NCBI GenBank assembly: GCA_038883775.1
Contig: JAVZLM010000006.1
Location: 64,001 to 128,000, forward strand
From: Candidatus Bathyarchaeia archaeon
GTDB taxonomy: Archaea; Thermoproteota; Bathyarchaeia; Bathyarchaeales; Bathycorpusculaceae
Length of the DNA stretch: 64,000 bases
Direction of reading: 5' to 3'
A program made the position numbers and the translations under genes. Under the pieces are notes generated by a model, which did not search any database, was not told the DNA's origin, and worked only from the letters and a program-made list of their open reading frames with translations. This document shows positions 39,804 through 48,679 of the stretch, in pieces; position 1 is the first letter of the stretch; every line of letters starts with the position of its first letter.

Positions 39804-40211
39804 ATGAGCAAATTGACTGCGGCTGAGGTGAAAGTTAGCAGAGTTATGACTAAAAATCTGATTACTGTTTTCCTTGGCAGTATGGTGGAAGAAGCTGTGA
39901 GGAAGATGATTGATTTTGATGTCGAATGTCTTCCAGTCGTTGATTCAAAAGGAACATTACATGGCTTACTCACTTTTAGAGACATAGTGACGAAAGTTAT
40001 TTACTCACAAGCTGATGTAAGAAAGCTTAAAGTTGAAGACATAATGGCTAAAGACTTAGTGACTTGTAATCTTAGTTGCACGGTTCTTGACGTTGTAAAA
40101 TTAATGAAGAACAAACATCTTAGGCGGATTCCAGTCGTAAACGCCAAAAACAAACTTATGGGACTAGTTACAGATTTTGACTTGGCATTGTTTGAATGGG
40201 ACTTCAAATAA
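39804..40211 (+). CDS. CBS-pair domain protein
   Basis: KVSRVMT, LPVVD, KVEDIM, RRIPVV; start reassigned to 39804. Confidence 0.9.
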   Translation: MSKLTAAEVKVSRVMTKNLITVFLGSMVEEAVRKMIDFDVECLPVVDSKGTLHGLLTFRDIVTKVIYSQADVRKLKVEDIMAKDLVTCNLSCTVLDVVKLMKNKHLRRIPVVNAKNKLMGLVTDFDLALFEWDFK

Positions 40212-40226
40212 GTTTTGCACCGAGGG

Positions 40227-41192
40227 CTAAAAAGCTTCAACTTTATTCTTGAAAGGTGCGACTCTTTTTGCAACTTTAAACATTCTAAGCCATTCCGTAT
40301 CAGATAAAAACAATCCTGTGTATGCTCCGGCGTTGCAGGCTATTCCACATCTTTCACATATAGGTTTGATTCCATTCTCATCTGTGTTAGATATGACACA
40401 AGATTGTTTTGTTTTGCCGTTGCTATCCAAATTTACAAAAAACCAGTTTGGACAATTTGCAGTCCATTTTCCATCTCTGAATAGGTTTAGTTGTTTCGAT
40501 GTGTTAGCAATAAAATCCGGATATTTTTCTTTTATTTTCAGTAATTTGTCTATGATGTTGTTTCTTAGTTTTCCATAAGGCAACCATAATTTATCGTTGT
40601 AAGAGAAAGGTGTATGAAATTGAAATGTGAAAGCTCTGGCGAAACTGTACCATTCATCGACAACATCCTCGACGCATCCATAGTTTAAACTGTTTATCGT
40701 CATGTTAATGACCACATCCACTTCTGGATGGTCAAGAACGTTTTGTTTCACCTTCCTATATATTTTCTCGCCTCTAATTGCGTCGTGAATACTTTCTATT
40801 CCATCTATTGAAATGAAATATCCTGCACCAAAATCGACCAATGGCAATGTCCCATTTGTCACTATAGTGACATAGCGCCATTTCATCTCGCTTAGAATAG
40901 CCTCAATAACGTCTGGTCTAAGAAGTGGTTCGCCGCCTGTTAGACTAACGGACATTACATCGTTTTTTATGAATTTTTCCCTTACGATATTTCTCCATTC
41001 ATCGGCACTTAATTCTTTGCGCGGCTTCATGTTCAGCCACCAGTAGCAATGTTTGCATTTTAGATTGCAAGAATTTGTAATGTCGGCGGAACCAAATATG
41101 GGCAATTTTTTCTTTAAATATTTTATTTGAATTATTTTATAAGCAACTTTTGTAACGCCAACTAGTTTTTTCAAGTTAGAAGACCCGCGCAT
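40227..41192 (-). CDS. Radical SAM protein
   Basis: CNLKCKHC, TGGEPLL, TNG, SIDG...HD-IRG; C-terminal Cys cluster. Confidence 0.92.
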   Translation of the reverse strand: MRGSSNLKKLVGVTKVAYKIIQIKYLKKKLPIFGSADITNSCNLKCKHCYWWLNMKPRKELSADEWRNIVREKFIKNDVMSVSLTGGEPLLRPDVIEAILSEMKWRYVTIVTNGTLPLVDFGAGYFISIDGIESIHDAIRGEKIYRKVKQNVLDHPEVDVVINMTINSLNYGCVEDVVDEWYSFARAFTFQFHTPFSYNDKLWLPYGKLRNNIIDKLLKIKEKYPDFIANTSKQLNLFRDGKWTANCPNWFFVNLDSNGKTKQSCVISNTDENGIKPICERCGIACNAGAYTGLFLSDTEWLRMFKVAKRVAPFKNKVEAF

Positions 41193-41255
41193 GATTAATT
41201 ATTTTATTGCCCTTTTTATTTTAGAATTTCTGGTAAATGTTTTCAAGCAGTATAT

Positions 41256-41369
41256 TTACCTTCTCTTCTGTTTCTTTCCACCACGAGCTCTTCTAGTTTG
41301 ATGCCCCCTCGCTTTGTCACGGCGAGCGCTCTCTTTGGCTTTTCTACGGGAATCCTGTTCTCTACTCAT
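41256..41369 (-). CDS. Small, very basic peptide (37 aa)
   Basis: MSREQDSRRKAKESARRDKARGHQTRRARGGKKQKRR*, with GAGGTGA upstream. Confidence 0.4.
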   Translation of the reverse strand: MSREQDSRRKAKESARRDKARGHQTRRARGGKKQKRR

Positions 41370-41485
41370 GCTAGTTCACTTCACCTCTCAAATATCAACA
41401 GCGCCCTCTCCAAAAAACCTTCTGTTAAAAATACAAGTCTGCTTTTTCTTACTAGTACCAAATTACATTAATGATTCAGCATAAG

Positions 41486-41605
41486 CGCCGGGGAAGGGAT
41501 TCGAACCCTTGCGAGCCCGAAGGCTCACTGGCTCACTTGCCTTATTCTAGCCCTTCTTCTTTTTTGATCTCGAGGCCAGCGCGTTAACCGCTCCGCCACC
41601 CCGGC
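41486..41605 (-). tRNA. tRNA-Ser (anticodon CGA) with 35-nt intron at 37/38 (41534-41568)
   Basis: GCCGGGG/CCCCGGC-G acceptor; CTGGC-CT CGA G|intron|A-GCCAG; long variable arm GAGCC-TTCG-GGCTC; AAGGG-TTCGAAT-CCCTT. Confidence 0.93.
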
Positions 41606-41642
41606 AAATGGAATTAGGTTGTTTATCTTCTAAAAAGGGTTT

Positions 41643-42455
41643 TTATTTGGTTAATAGGGATGGGAAGATCCATTTTTTCTTCTTTTCTTGTTTTTTCTTG
41701 TCCCATTGGTATAGTATTTTTGTGGCTTCGTTTGCGATTTTTATGGCGTTTTCTTCGCCTGCTCCGGGCTTAAATTCGTTTTTGCATCTATTTGCGTAGA
41801 CAGCGCAAATTGCTCCTGCCCTTAGTCCGTAAAGGTTTGCTAAAGTGTAAAGGGTGGCTGTTTCCATTTCAAGGTTTAACACTTTTGCCTTTTGCAACAT
41901 TGAAAGCAAGTTTTCCATGTGCGGCGAATAGTCTTTGATTGTTGGGCGGTTTTGTCCAGCGTAAAAGTCTGCTGTTGTTGCAGTTATGCCCACATGATAA
42001 TTGCTTATTTTAAGGCTTTCAGCCGCCTCAATCAAGGCTAACAAAACTTCATAGTTTGCCACGGCTGGATACTCGGGTATAACGTAACAATTGCTTGTAT
42101 AATCCAAGCGAACGGCAGCAGACGAAATAATTACATCGCCACAGTTTATGTCAGCTTGTATGGCACCGGTGCTGCCCACTCGAATAAAAGTATGAACCCC
42201 AACACGCGAAGCCTCATTAACAACAATAGCCATACAAGCCGGACCTATACCACTTGAGAGAGCAGAAATTGGAACACTCTTATATTTTCCTGTGAAACTT
42301 CGAAACTCGCGGTGGCAAGACACTTCCCTTCCAGAATCCCAGAAAGAGGCAATTTTTGGAACACGGTCCGGGTCTCCTGGCACAAGCAAATACTCAGCTA
42401 AATCGCCTTTTTTGCATGCGATGTGGTATTGTTTGTCGGATAATGTTGTATGCAT
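41643..42455 (-). CDS. udp: Uridine phosphorylase / nucleoside phosphorylase
   Basis: QYHI, PGDPDRV, HREF, GIG, IRVGSTG, FYAGQ-R, EME. Confidence 0.88.
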   Translation of the reverse strand: MHTTLSDKQYHIACKKGDLAEYLLVPGDPDRVPKIASFWDSGREVSCHREFRSFTGKYKSVPISALSSGIGPACMAIVVNEASRVGVHTFIRVGSTGAIQADINCGDVIISSAAVRLDYTSNCYVIPEYPAVANYEVLLALIEAAESLKISNYHVGITATTADFYAGQNRPTIKDYSPHMENLLSMLQKAKVLNLEMETATLYTLANLYGLRAGAICAVYANRCKNEFKPGAGEENAIKIANEATKILYQWDKKKQEKKKKWIFPSLLTK

Positions 42456-42475
42456 TCTGTTCACCAAAGCTAGAG

Positions 42476-43459
42476 TTAACCTTTTCGAGGCATCGCTAAA
42501 TCCGCTATGTCTACGCTGTGCTCATAGATCTGTCTTAACATTGAGGCTGCCGCTAGAATGTGAGGCATAATATCTAAAGGCTGTTCCTTGGCAACCTTTT
42601 CTAGGCTTGTAAATATTTTTTCAACCATTTCTCGCTCACCACGCACTTTCTCTGCCACGCCCACATCACCTGCCAGAAAAGCCTTCAAGGCATCTTCATG
42701 CGCTTGAAAACAAGCAAGGTGAAGGTCAACGAAGATTTTTTTAAAGTTTTCAGCTAAAGTTTTGCCCTTCAACTCGACTGTTTTCAATGCTATTCGAACA
42801 CATTCATCGCCTATTGCTTCCACCAAACTTGCTACGAGGCGATAGTCTAGGCATTCAATGGGACGCACACCAAGTTTTTCGCTTAAGCTTGGGTTTTGAA
42901 TTATGGTTCGAAGAATGCGCACTAAAAGGAAATAAAGCCTATTCACCTCATCATCGCGGGCTATAACCGCCTTTGCTAAGTGCATGTCTCCATCCACCAA
43001 CGCATTAACAACATCCCTATGCATACCAGCAGCAATTGTGTAGCCTCTTCGAAGAATTTTTTCAGGTGGAAAACCAGAAGGCTCTAGCAAACATTGTAAG
43101 ACTATACGAGAGTAATCTTCTTCCACAATTTCTAATCCAATAAGTCGACTAACGGCATTCTTAACTATGTCACGAACCTCAAAGCTAATACGCTCTTTTG
43201 TCTCAATAGTGATAATGTCAAATCCTAAGAGATACTTCGCTATGATTTCACGACTCAAATAGGGGCTAGGCCCCAAAGTAATGGTTCGCGGAGAAAGCTC
43301 AGCTCCATATTCAGGATCGATTAGAAGCTTGCCCTCGCTAGTTTCGCTGACCGCCACCACAGAGCCTGGTTTAAACCCGTGACGTTCAGCCCAGCGCTTA
43401 GGCAAACAAACGAAAAATGTGCCGCTTGGAGTACGTTGGACTTTACGCAATTCGCTCAT
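42476..43459 (-). CDS. Phosphate uptake regulator (AbrB-like N-domain plus two PhoU domains)
   Basis: RKVQ-T-SGTFFVCLPK-W, RDDEVNRLY, EAIGDE, EHSVDIAD. Confidence 0.9.
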   Translation of the reverse strand: MSELRKVQRTPSGTFFVCLPKRWAERHGFKPGSVVAVSETSEGKLLIDPEYGAELSPRTITLGPSPYLSREIIAKYLLGFDIITIETKERISFEVRDIVKNAVSRLIGLEIVEEDYSRIVLQCLLEPSGFPPEKILRRGYTIAAGMHRDVVNALVDGDMHLAKAVIARDDEVNRLYFLLVRILRTIIQNPSLSEKLGVRPIECLDYRLVASLVEAIGDECVRIALKTVELKGKTLAENFKKIFVDLHLACFQAHEDALKAFLAGDVGVAEKVRGEREMVEKIFTSLEKVAKEQPLDIMPHILAAASMLRQIYEHSVDIADLAMPRKG

Positions 43460-43541
43460 TTCAATCACTAACCGTAAATTTGCTTATCCCTATAATATAA
43501 ATGCATCTAAATAAAAAATTAAAATACAAACGTAAATGTGA

Positions 43542-44138
43542 GTGTTAGAATTGGAAAATTCAATTATAATAGGTATAGATTTGGCAGGAAGCTCCAAAAA
43601 TCCAACAGGATGGGCTTTATGGAAGAACAAAATAGTGAAAGCAAATTTGGTTTATACCGACGAGGAAATTCTTAAGGGCATTTTAAGCCATAGCCCATCC
43701 ATTGTTGCGATTGATGCTCCCTTAAGGCTGCCGAAAGAAGGAATTTTAAGAAAGGCAGATAAAGAAATGATAAAAAGGGGATACAGAGTCTTTCCGCCAG
43801 GTCTTCCAGCAATGGAAAAGCTAACATTGCGGGCTATAAAAATAAACAAGTTAATACTAGAAAAAAAGTATAAAACGGTAGAAGTACACCCAACATCAAC
43901 AAGAAAAGCTTTAAACATGCCTTTAAAAGAGTGGAAACCCATTCAAACAATCCTAGAGAGTATGGGAATAAAAGGAGACATTAAAACTCGCACCTTGACA
44001 TCTCATGAAATCGATGCCATAACAGCAGCCCTAACAGCCTATCTCCACCTACAAAAACAAACCGAAGCGATAGGAGATGAGGAAGAAGGCTTCATAATAG
44101 TTCCTAAAAAAATGGATTGGAGAACCCTAAAAATATGA
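43542..44138 (+). CDS. DUF429 family protein (RNase H-like fold)
   Basis: GIDLAG, AIDAPL, R-AD, EVHP, HEIDA. Confidence 0.85.
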   Translation: MLELENSIIIGIDLAGSSKNPTGWALWKNKIVKANLVYTDEEILKGILSHSPSIVAIDAPLRLPKEGILRKADKEMIKRGYRVFPPGLPAMEKLTLRAIKINKLILEKKYKTVEVHPTSTRKALNMPLKEWKPIQTILESMGIKGDIKTRTLTSHEIDAITAALTAYLHLQKQTEAIGDEEEGFIIVPKKMDWRTLKI

Positions 44139-45688
44139 GCCAAAATGAAAAGTTGCACAAAGCTGTAGAATTAACAATTGAGGCAGGATACCAACTTGAC
44201 AAAGAAGCCTTCGAATTTCTAAGCAGTTTGGCAACCACAGAAGATCCTACAGAAATCATAAGCAAAGCCCTACAAAAAATTGGAATGCTAACGGAAAAGC
44301 CGCTTTTTATTGGCAAAACGTTTCTAGAGCAATTGATAAAAGAACAGAAGCTAGTAGAAGAGGCATTTCCCCAACAAGTAGAACAAGTTCAAACATTACC
44401 AGAAACCTCCCCCCCTCTTGGAAGAGGAAAATTCCGCCCATTTGCAAAGGACATTGAAGCCCGCATTAAAATAATTGATAATCCAGCGGAAAAGTTAAGC
44501 TCAGGCGGAACGATGGAGGATTACCTACAATATTTCCAAGATAGGTTCAAGCGCATAGAAAAATTGTTAAGACAGCGAATGGATGTTAAAAGCGCAACTT
44601 CAATTATTGAAGCCCTAAAATCTCCTCCAAACACACGTTTAAAAGTAATTGGCATGGTCACAGAAAAAAGAGAGGCAAAACAAAAAATCTTGCTAACGGT
44701 AGAGGATTTGAATGCAAGTACCACAATGCTAGTGCCTCAAAACGCTTCAGCAGAAGTTTTGAAGAAAGCGCAATGTCTCCTCCTTGATCAGGTGGTTTGT
44801 TTTAGTGTTGTAAAAACAAGAAGCAACCTATTACTTGTCGAAGACATAATTTTACCAGACGTGGCGCAGAAAACGCCCCATAAAGCATCAATTCCAGTTT
44901 ACGCTGTGCTCACGTCGGATATGCATGTGGGCAGCACAAAATTTCAAGAGAAGGCTTTTGACCGCTTCCTTTCATGGCTTAAGGGCGAATATGGAAATGA
45001 AAAAATGAGAGAGATAGCAAGCCATGTCAAATATGTTTTGGTGGCAGGCGATATAGTAGACGGTATAGGCGTTTATCCAAACCAAGTTAAAGAACTGGCA
45101 ATAAAAAATATTGATGAGCAGTATAGGCTTGCTCGAGAATATTTAGAAAACATTCCAGATTATATAGAAGTGGTGATTATACCGGGAAATCATGATGCCC
45201 CCAGAAAAGCGCTGCCCCAACCACCTATATCCAACACTTTCTTTGAAACACTACAAGAAACCCGAAAATTTTATTCCCTTGGAAACCCCTGCACTCTAAG
45301 CCTCCATGACGTAGAAGTTCTGCTCTATCACGGTCGCAGCTTAGACGATGTCATCCCCACAGTTCCTGAAATGGATTCTAACCAGCCAGAAAAAGCAATG
45401 AAACTATTACTGCAGAGTCGCCACTTAGCGCCAGTCTATGGTGAAAAAACGCCAATTTCTCCTGAAAATAGAGACTGCCTCGTCATTGAGCGAATTCCAG
45501 ACATTTTCCATGCCGGACACATACATGCATTAGGTTATACAACCTATCGTGGAGTTTTAATTGTAAACTCAGGAGGGTGGCAAGAACAAACAGAGTATAT
45601 GAGAAGAATGGGTTTTGTTCCAACCCCTGGAAAAGTCCCGGTGATTAATCTTCAAACATTAGAAGTCAACATCCTCTCTTTCTCTTAA
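44135..45688 (+). CDS. polD1: DNA polymerase D small (exonuclease) subunit DP1
   Basis: SDMHVGS, AGDIVDGIGVYPNQ, PGNHD, LYHGRS, RHLAP, HAGHIH. Confidence 0.95.
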   Translation: MSQNEKLHKAVELTIEAGYQLDKEAFEFLSSLATTEDPTEIISKALQKIGMLTEKPLFIGKTFLEQLIKEQKLVEEAFPQQVEQVQTLPETSPPLGRGKFRPFAKDIEARIKIIDNPAEKLSSGGTMEDYLQYFQDRFKRIEKLLRQRMDVKSATSIIEALKSPPNTRLKVIGMVTEKREAKQKILLTVEDLNASTTMLVPQNASAEVLKKAQCLLLDQVVCFSVVKTRSNLLLVEDIILPDVAQKTPHKASIPVYAVLTSDMHVGSTKFQEKAFDRFLSWLKGEYGNEKMREIASHVKYVLVAGDIVDGIGVYPNQVKELAIKNIDEQYRLAREYLENIPDYIEVVIIPGNHDAPRKALPQPPISNTFFETLQETRKFYSLGNPCTLSLHDVEVLLYHGRSLDDVIPTVPEMDSNQPEKAMKLLLQSRHLAPVYGEKTPISPENRDCLVIERIPDIFHAGHIHALGYTTYRGVLIVNSGGWQEQTEYMRRMGFVPTPGKVPVINLQTLEVNILSFS

Positions 45689-46218
45689 GATAAACCACGT
45701 GCAATCAATCGCGCAGCCCGAAGGGGTTCTGGAATTCTGCCACAAAAGCACAAAAAGCGCACAAGGCTGGAGGCCCACCTAACATTTGCGCCTACCGTTT
45801 CCATATACAATGGAGCTTCGTCACTTTTGATGTGGATTTTATGAACTGGGCCAAGCCTTTGAAAAACTTTCCAACGGATTTCCCAATCTTCAAAGTGCCT
45901 TTTTAGGGCGCGCCTTACTGCTTTATTGTTTGGTTTTGTTTGCGCTATTATGATGATTGGTTTTTTGAATCTTTCATGAATTAGCATGGGGTTGATAAGG
46001 TTAAAGCCACCATAAGATACGCCCGCCAACAGAACGACATCAAATTCCCAATTTTCCAAGATTTTGGCAAGTTTTTCTGTTGCATCTAATCCATCAACCG
46101 TTATTTTTGTGACTTTCACATTTTTAATGGTGGCTTGCCTTAGCAAAACTATGGCAAGAAGTGCTTCACGAGTTATTCCTTTTTGGAAACTTCCGTCTTC
46201 AACCCCCACGATTAGCAT
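45685..46218 (-). CDS. DUF99 family protein (endonuclease V-like)
   Basis: GVEDGSF, VDGLDAT, GGFN, IPEPLRAARLIA. Confidence 0.88.
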   Translation of the reverse strand: MLIVGVEDGSFQKGITREALLAIVLLRQATIKNVKVTKITVDGLDATEKLAKILENWEFDVVLLAGVSYGGFNLINPMLIHERFKKPIIIIAQTKPNNKAVRRALKRHFEDWEIRWKVFQRLGPVHKIHIKSDEAPLYMETVGANVRWASSLVRFLCFCGRIPEPLRAARLIARGLS

Positions 46219-47443
46219 GTTTTGAAAGGCTTTTCGCCTCATATTCCACCAGACGCCCAAGTCTAGTGTCATTAGCAAAAACGTCTCTAATAAGAGTGCG
46301 AGCTATTTCCAGCCTAATTTTTTTCGTTCTTCCATACCTTCCCATACTTATAACCTTAGCATTCACAAGCCCCATAGAATCAAGCTCATTCACCAACGTG
46401 CTTAATCGGCGTTGCGTCAAAGGAGTGACGCTCACTTCTCCACAAAGCTCCGCATATACATCATATATCTCGCCTGTGATGGCACTATGAATGTTTGCCC
46501 TATTCAAATGGTACACGCTTAAAATCACAAGTTTTGAATGCAAAGTTAAGTTCCGCAGAGCCTCCACAACCCTATTATGTTCAATATGTTTTTCAGCTTC
46601 TCGAACATGCTCTTCAGTTACAAAACTCGCCCCTTTCCGTTCGGCAACTTCTCCAGCAACCCGTAACAAATCTAAGGCCCGTCTAGCATCACCATGTTCC
46701 GCAGCTGCCAAAGCAGCGCAAAGGCTTATAGCTGCTTCAGACAAGGCGCCTTCATAAAATGCTAATTTTGCCCGTTCAAGCAAGATATTGCCCAATTCAT
46801 TAGCATCATAAGGCCTAAAAACGATCTCCTCTTCGCTTAAAGAACTAAAAACTCTTGGGTCCAGAAACTCTTTCAAACGAAGGTCATTAGATATGCCTAC
46901 AATAGACGCTTTACTACTGCGTAAAGTTTCATTTATTCTTGTTAGCTCATAAAGGAGGCTGTCTCCGCGCACCTTCACCAAAGCATCAATTTCATCCAAA
47001 GCAACAATAAAAATAATTTTTAAAGTATCTAAACCAACTCTGAACCTATCAAAAACTTCGCCAACAGACAAACCAGTAAAAGGAACCTGCACGCCTATAC
47101 TTTGGCATAACCCAGAAAAAACGCGGTATTCAGAGCCAGCCATGCGGCAGTTTACGTAACAGAATTTGACAGGAGCGTTAAACTCCTTCGCTTTAGTTTC
47201 TAAATGACTTAAAACATATTTTGTTACAGCCGTTTTGCCTGTGCCAGTTTTTCCATATATAAAAACATTGGAGCTTCTGGATCCTTTTAAAACTGGGGCA
47301 ACGGTTTCTCCAAGCCTCGTAATTTGTTCTTCTCGATGAGGCAGTTTATCAGGTAAGTAATCATGCCGCAAGACCTCTCGGTTTCTGAAAATCCTATTGT
47401 TGGAAACAAATTTCTTGAACACTTCGTCGAGAATGCTATTCAA
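46199..47443 (-). CDS. cdc6: Orc1/Cdc6 replication initiator
   Basis: LPHRE, YGKTGTGKT, LDEID, GDARRALDLLR, C-terminal wHTH with GRYGRT. Confidence 0.97.
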   Translation of the reverse strand: MNSILDEVFKKFVSNNRIFRNREVLRHDYLPDKLPHREEQITRLGETVAPVLKGSRSSNVFIYGKTGTGKTAVTKYVLSHLETKAKEFNAPVKFCYVNCRMAGSEYRVFSGLCQSIGVQVPFTGLSVGEVFDRFRVGLDTLKIIFIVALDEIDALVKVRGDSLLYELTRINETLRSSKASIVGISNDLRLKEFLDPRVFSSLSEEEIVFRPYDANELGNILLERAKLAFYEGALSEAAISLCAALAAAEHGDARRALDLLRVAGEVAERKGASFVTEEHVREAEKHIEHNRVVEALRNLTLHSKLVILSVYHLNRANIHSAITGEIYDVYAELCGEVSVTPLTQRRLSTLVNELDSMGLVNAKVISMGRYGRTKKIRLEIARTLIRDVFANDTRLGRLVEYEAKSLSKHANRGG

Positions 47444-47590
47444 ATTGGTCCCTCAGTAAATTTTAGTGGTAAAACCACTCTTTCTGGTAGAAAAAATAAG
47501 CTCTGCCATACAGAAAACTAAATGTTCAACACAAAAATCCTAAAACAAAACTTTCGCACATTACTTCTCTTTATGATTAAGGAAAGGCAC

Positions 47591-47612
47591 ACCCCACAAT
47601 TTCTTCTGGAAC
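47591..47612 (-). promoter_or_regulatory. ORB element 1
   Basis: Reverse complement GTTCCAGAAGAAATTGTGGGGT fits the ORB consensus TTCCA-N-GGAAA...GGGG. Confidence 0.75.
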
Positions 47613-47775
47613 TCTGTAAGTTTTAATAATAATTCTTTTAGATTTTTGTTTATTTAGAAAGAAAGAAATATACTCTGAAAGGTTAAAAATCACAAAAGTT
47701 ACTATAATACTTGCTGTAAAAGTTTTTTGATAAATAACTAAAAAGGCAAACTAAAACACAAGTGAAAAGGAAAAA

Positions 47776-47797
47776 TTTCCAAAGGAAATGAAGGGGT
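47776..47797 (+). promoter_or_regulatory. ORB element 2
   Basis: TTTCCAAAGGAAATGAAGGGGT. Confidence 0.85.
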
Positions 47798-48019
47798 GCC
47801 ACTAAAATATAATTAAACATTATAGTATGCTATTATTATTTCATTTTATTTTTCTTCTTTATTTTTTCCTGCATATCTCCGTCTAAGAAAATTCTGTTGA
47901 ATATTTCACAGCAATTCACAAAATGTAAAGACCTTGTGAAATTAACTTAATAGCGCCTCTTTTAAACCTTCTTAATTCGGATTATTAACTTTTTCTTGTC
48001 TCTTTTTTGTGAATTAGTC

Positions 48020-48041
48020 ACCCCTCCGCTTCCAATGGAAA
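48020..48041 (-). promoter_or_regulatory. ORB element 3
   Basis: Reverse complement TTTCCATTGGAAGCGGAGGGGT; its G-string faces ORB2 across the DUE. Confidence 0.85.
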
Positions 48042-48239
48042 TAAACATTATTCAAGGCTTCTTTTTCTTTTTAAAATTTGGAGAAAATGTGAAGCCTGTA
48101 AACTCAAAAACATTAAGAAATTTCCTTCTTTTTCATTTTTCTCCATTTAATCCGCTTTCTTCTTTTTTCTTTTTTACCATAACAGCTATAACTTGTGAAG
48201 TGTAAAATTGTGAAACACCTACAATGGGTGCTTCCGCTA

Positions 48240-48671
48240 ATGCCAGCTAAAAAAATGCGCGTAGAACTCTACGATAGTGAGGGCAACAAGTATACCGTGT
48301 CCTTTGAAGGTCAGATAACTAGAGAAAAGGCTCTTCGCTTATTAGACATGGTGGAGCTTTTGGGCGGGGTATCAGCAAGCGAAGGAAATCCGGGAACACC
48401 GGTCCCTGTGACGCTCGATCAGCCAAATAAGTATAGCAAAGTTCGTATGATAATTCAGAAACATTTTCCACTGGTTTGGTTTTCTTCTAGGGATGTTCAG
48501 TTAGTTTATGAGCAGGAATTTAAGGAGCCTATAAGTCTTAGCACGGTTGCCACATACCTTTATAGAATGGCAAGCAAGGGATTACTTGCTAAAGCTGGGG
48601 CTTCTAACCGTTTGAAATACAGGCTGATGCCTACTTATCCACAAATATTGCCTAAACAACAGATGTCATGA
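48240..48671 (+). CDS. Origin-adjacent winged-helix protein
   Basis: Small N-terminal beta-beta-alpha domain, linker, then FSSRDV...ISLSTVATYLYRMASKGLL...KYRL wHTH; start reassigned to ATG 48240. Confidence 0.8.
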   Translation: MPAKKMRVELYDSEGNKYTVSFEGQITREKALRLLDMVELLGGVSASEGNPGTPVPVTLDQPNKYSKVRMIIQKHFPLVWFSSRDVQLVYEQEFKEPISLSTVATYLYRMASKGLLAKAGASNRLKYRLMPTYPQILPKQQMS

Positions 48672-48679
48672 TCCCTTTT

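Larger units (their letters stand above)
36378..41495. mobile_element. Putative degenerate genomic island at tRNA-Ser
   Basis: Flanked by the 13-bp repeat; holds accessory genes and gene fragments; no integrase seen. Confidence 0.45.
47444..48230. other. Chromosomal replication origin (oriC)
   Basis: About 790-bp AT-rich intergenic region upstream of cdc6, with three ORB boxes and an AT-rich DUE at about 47800-47870. Confidence 0.85.

Noticed and set aside
47996-48205. 69-aa ORF in the origin
   Set aside because: Phe-rich translation of T-tracts that overlaps ORB3; spurious.
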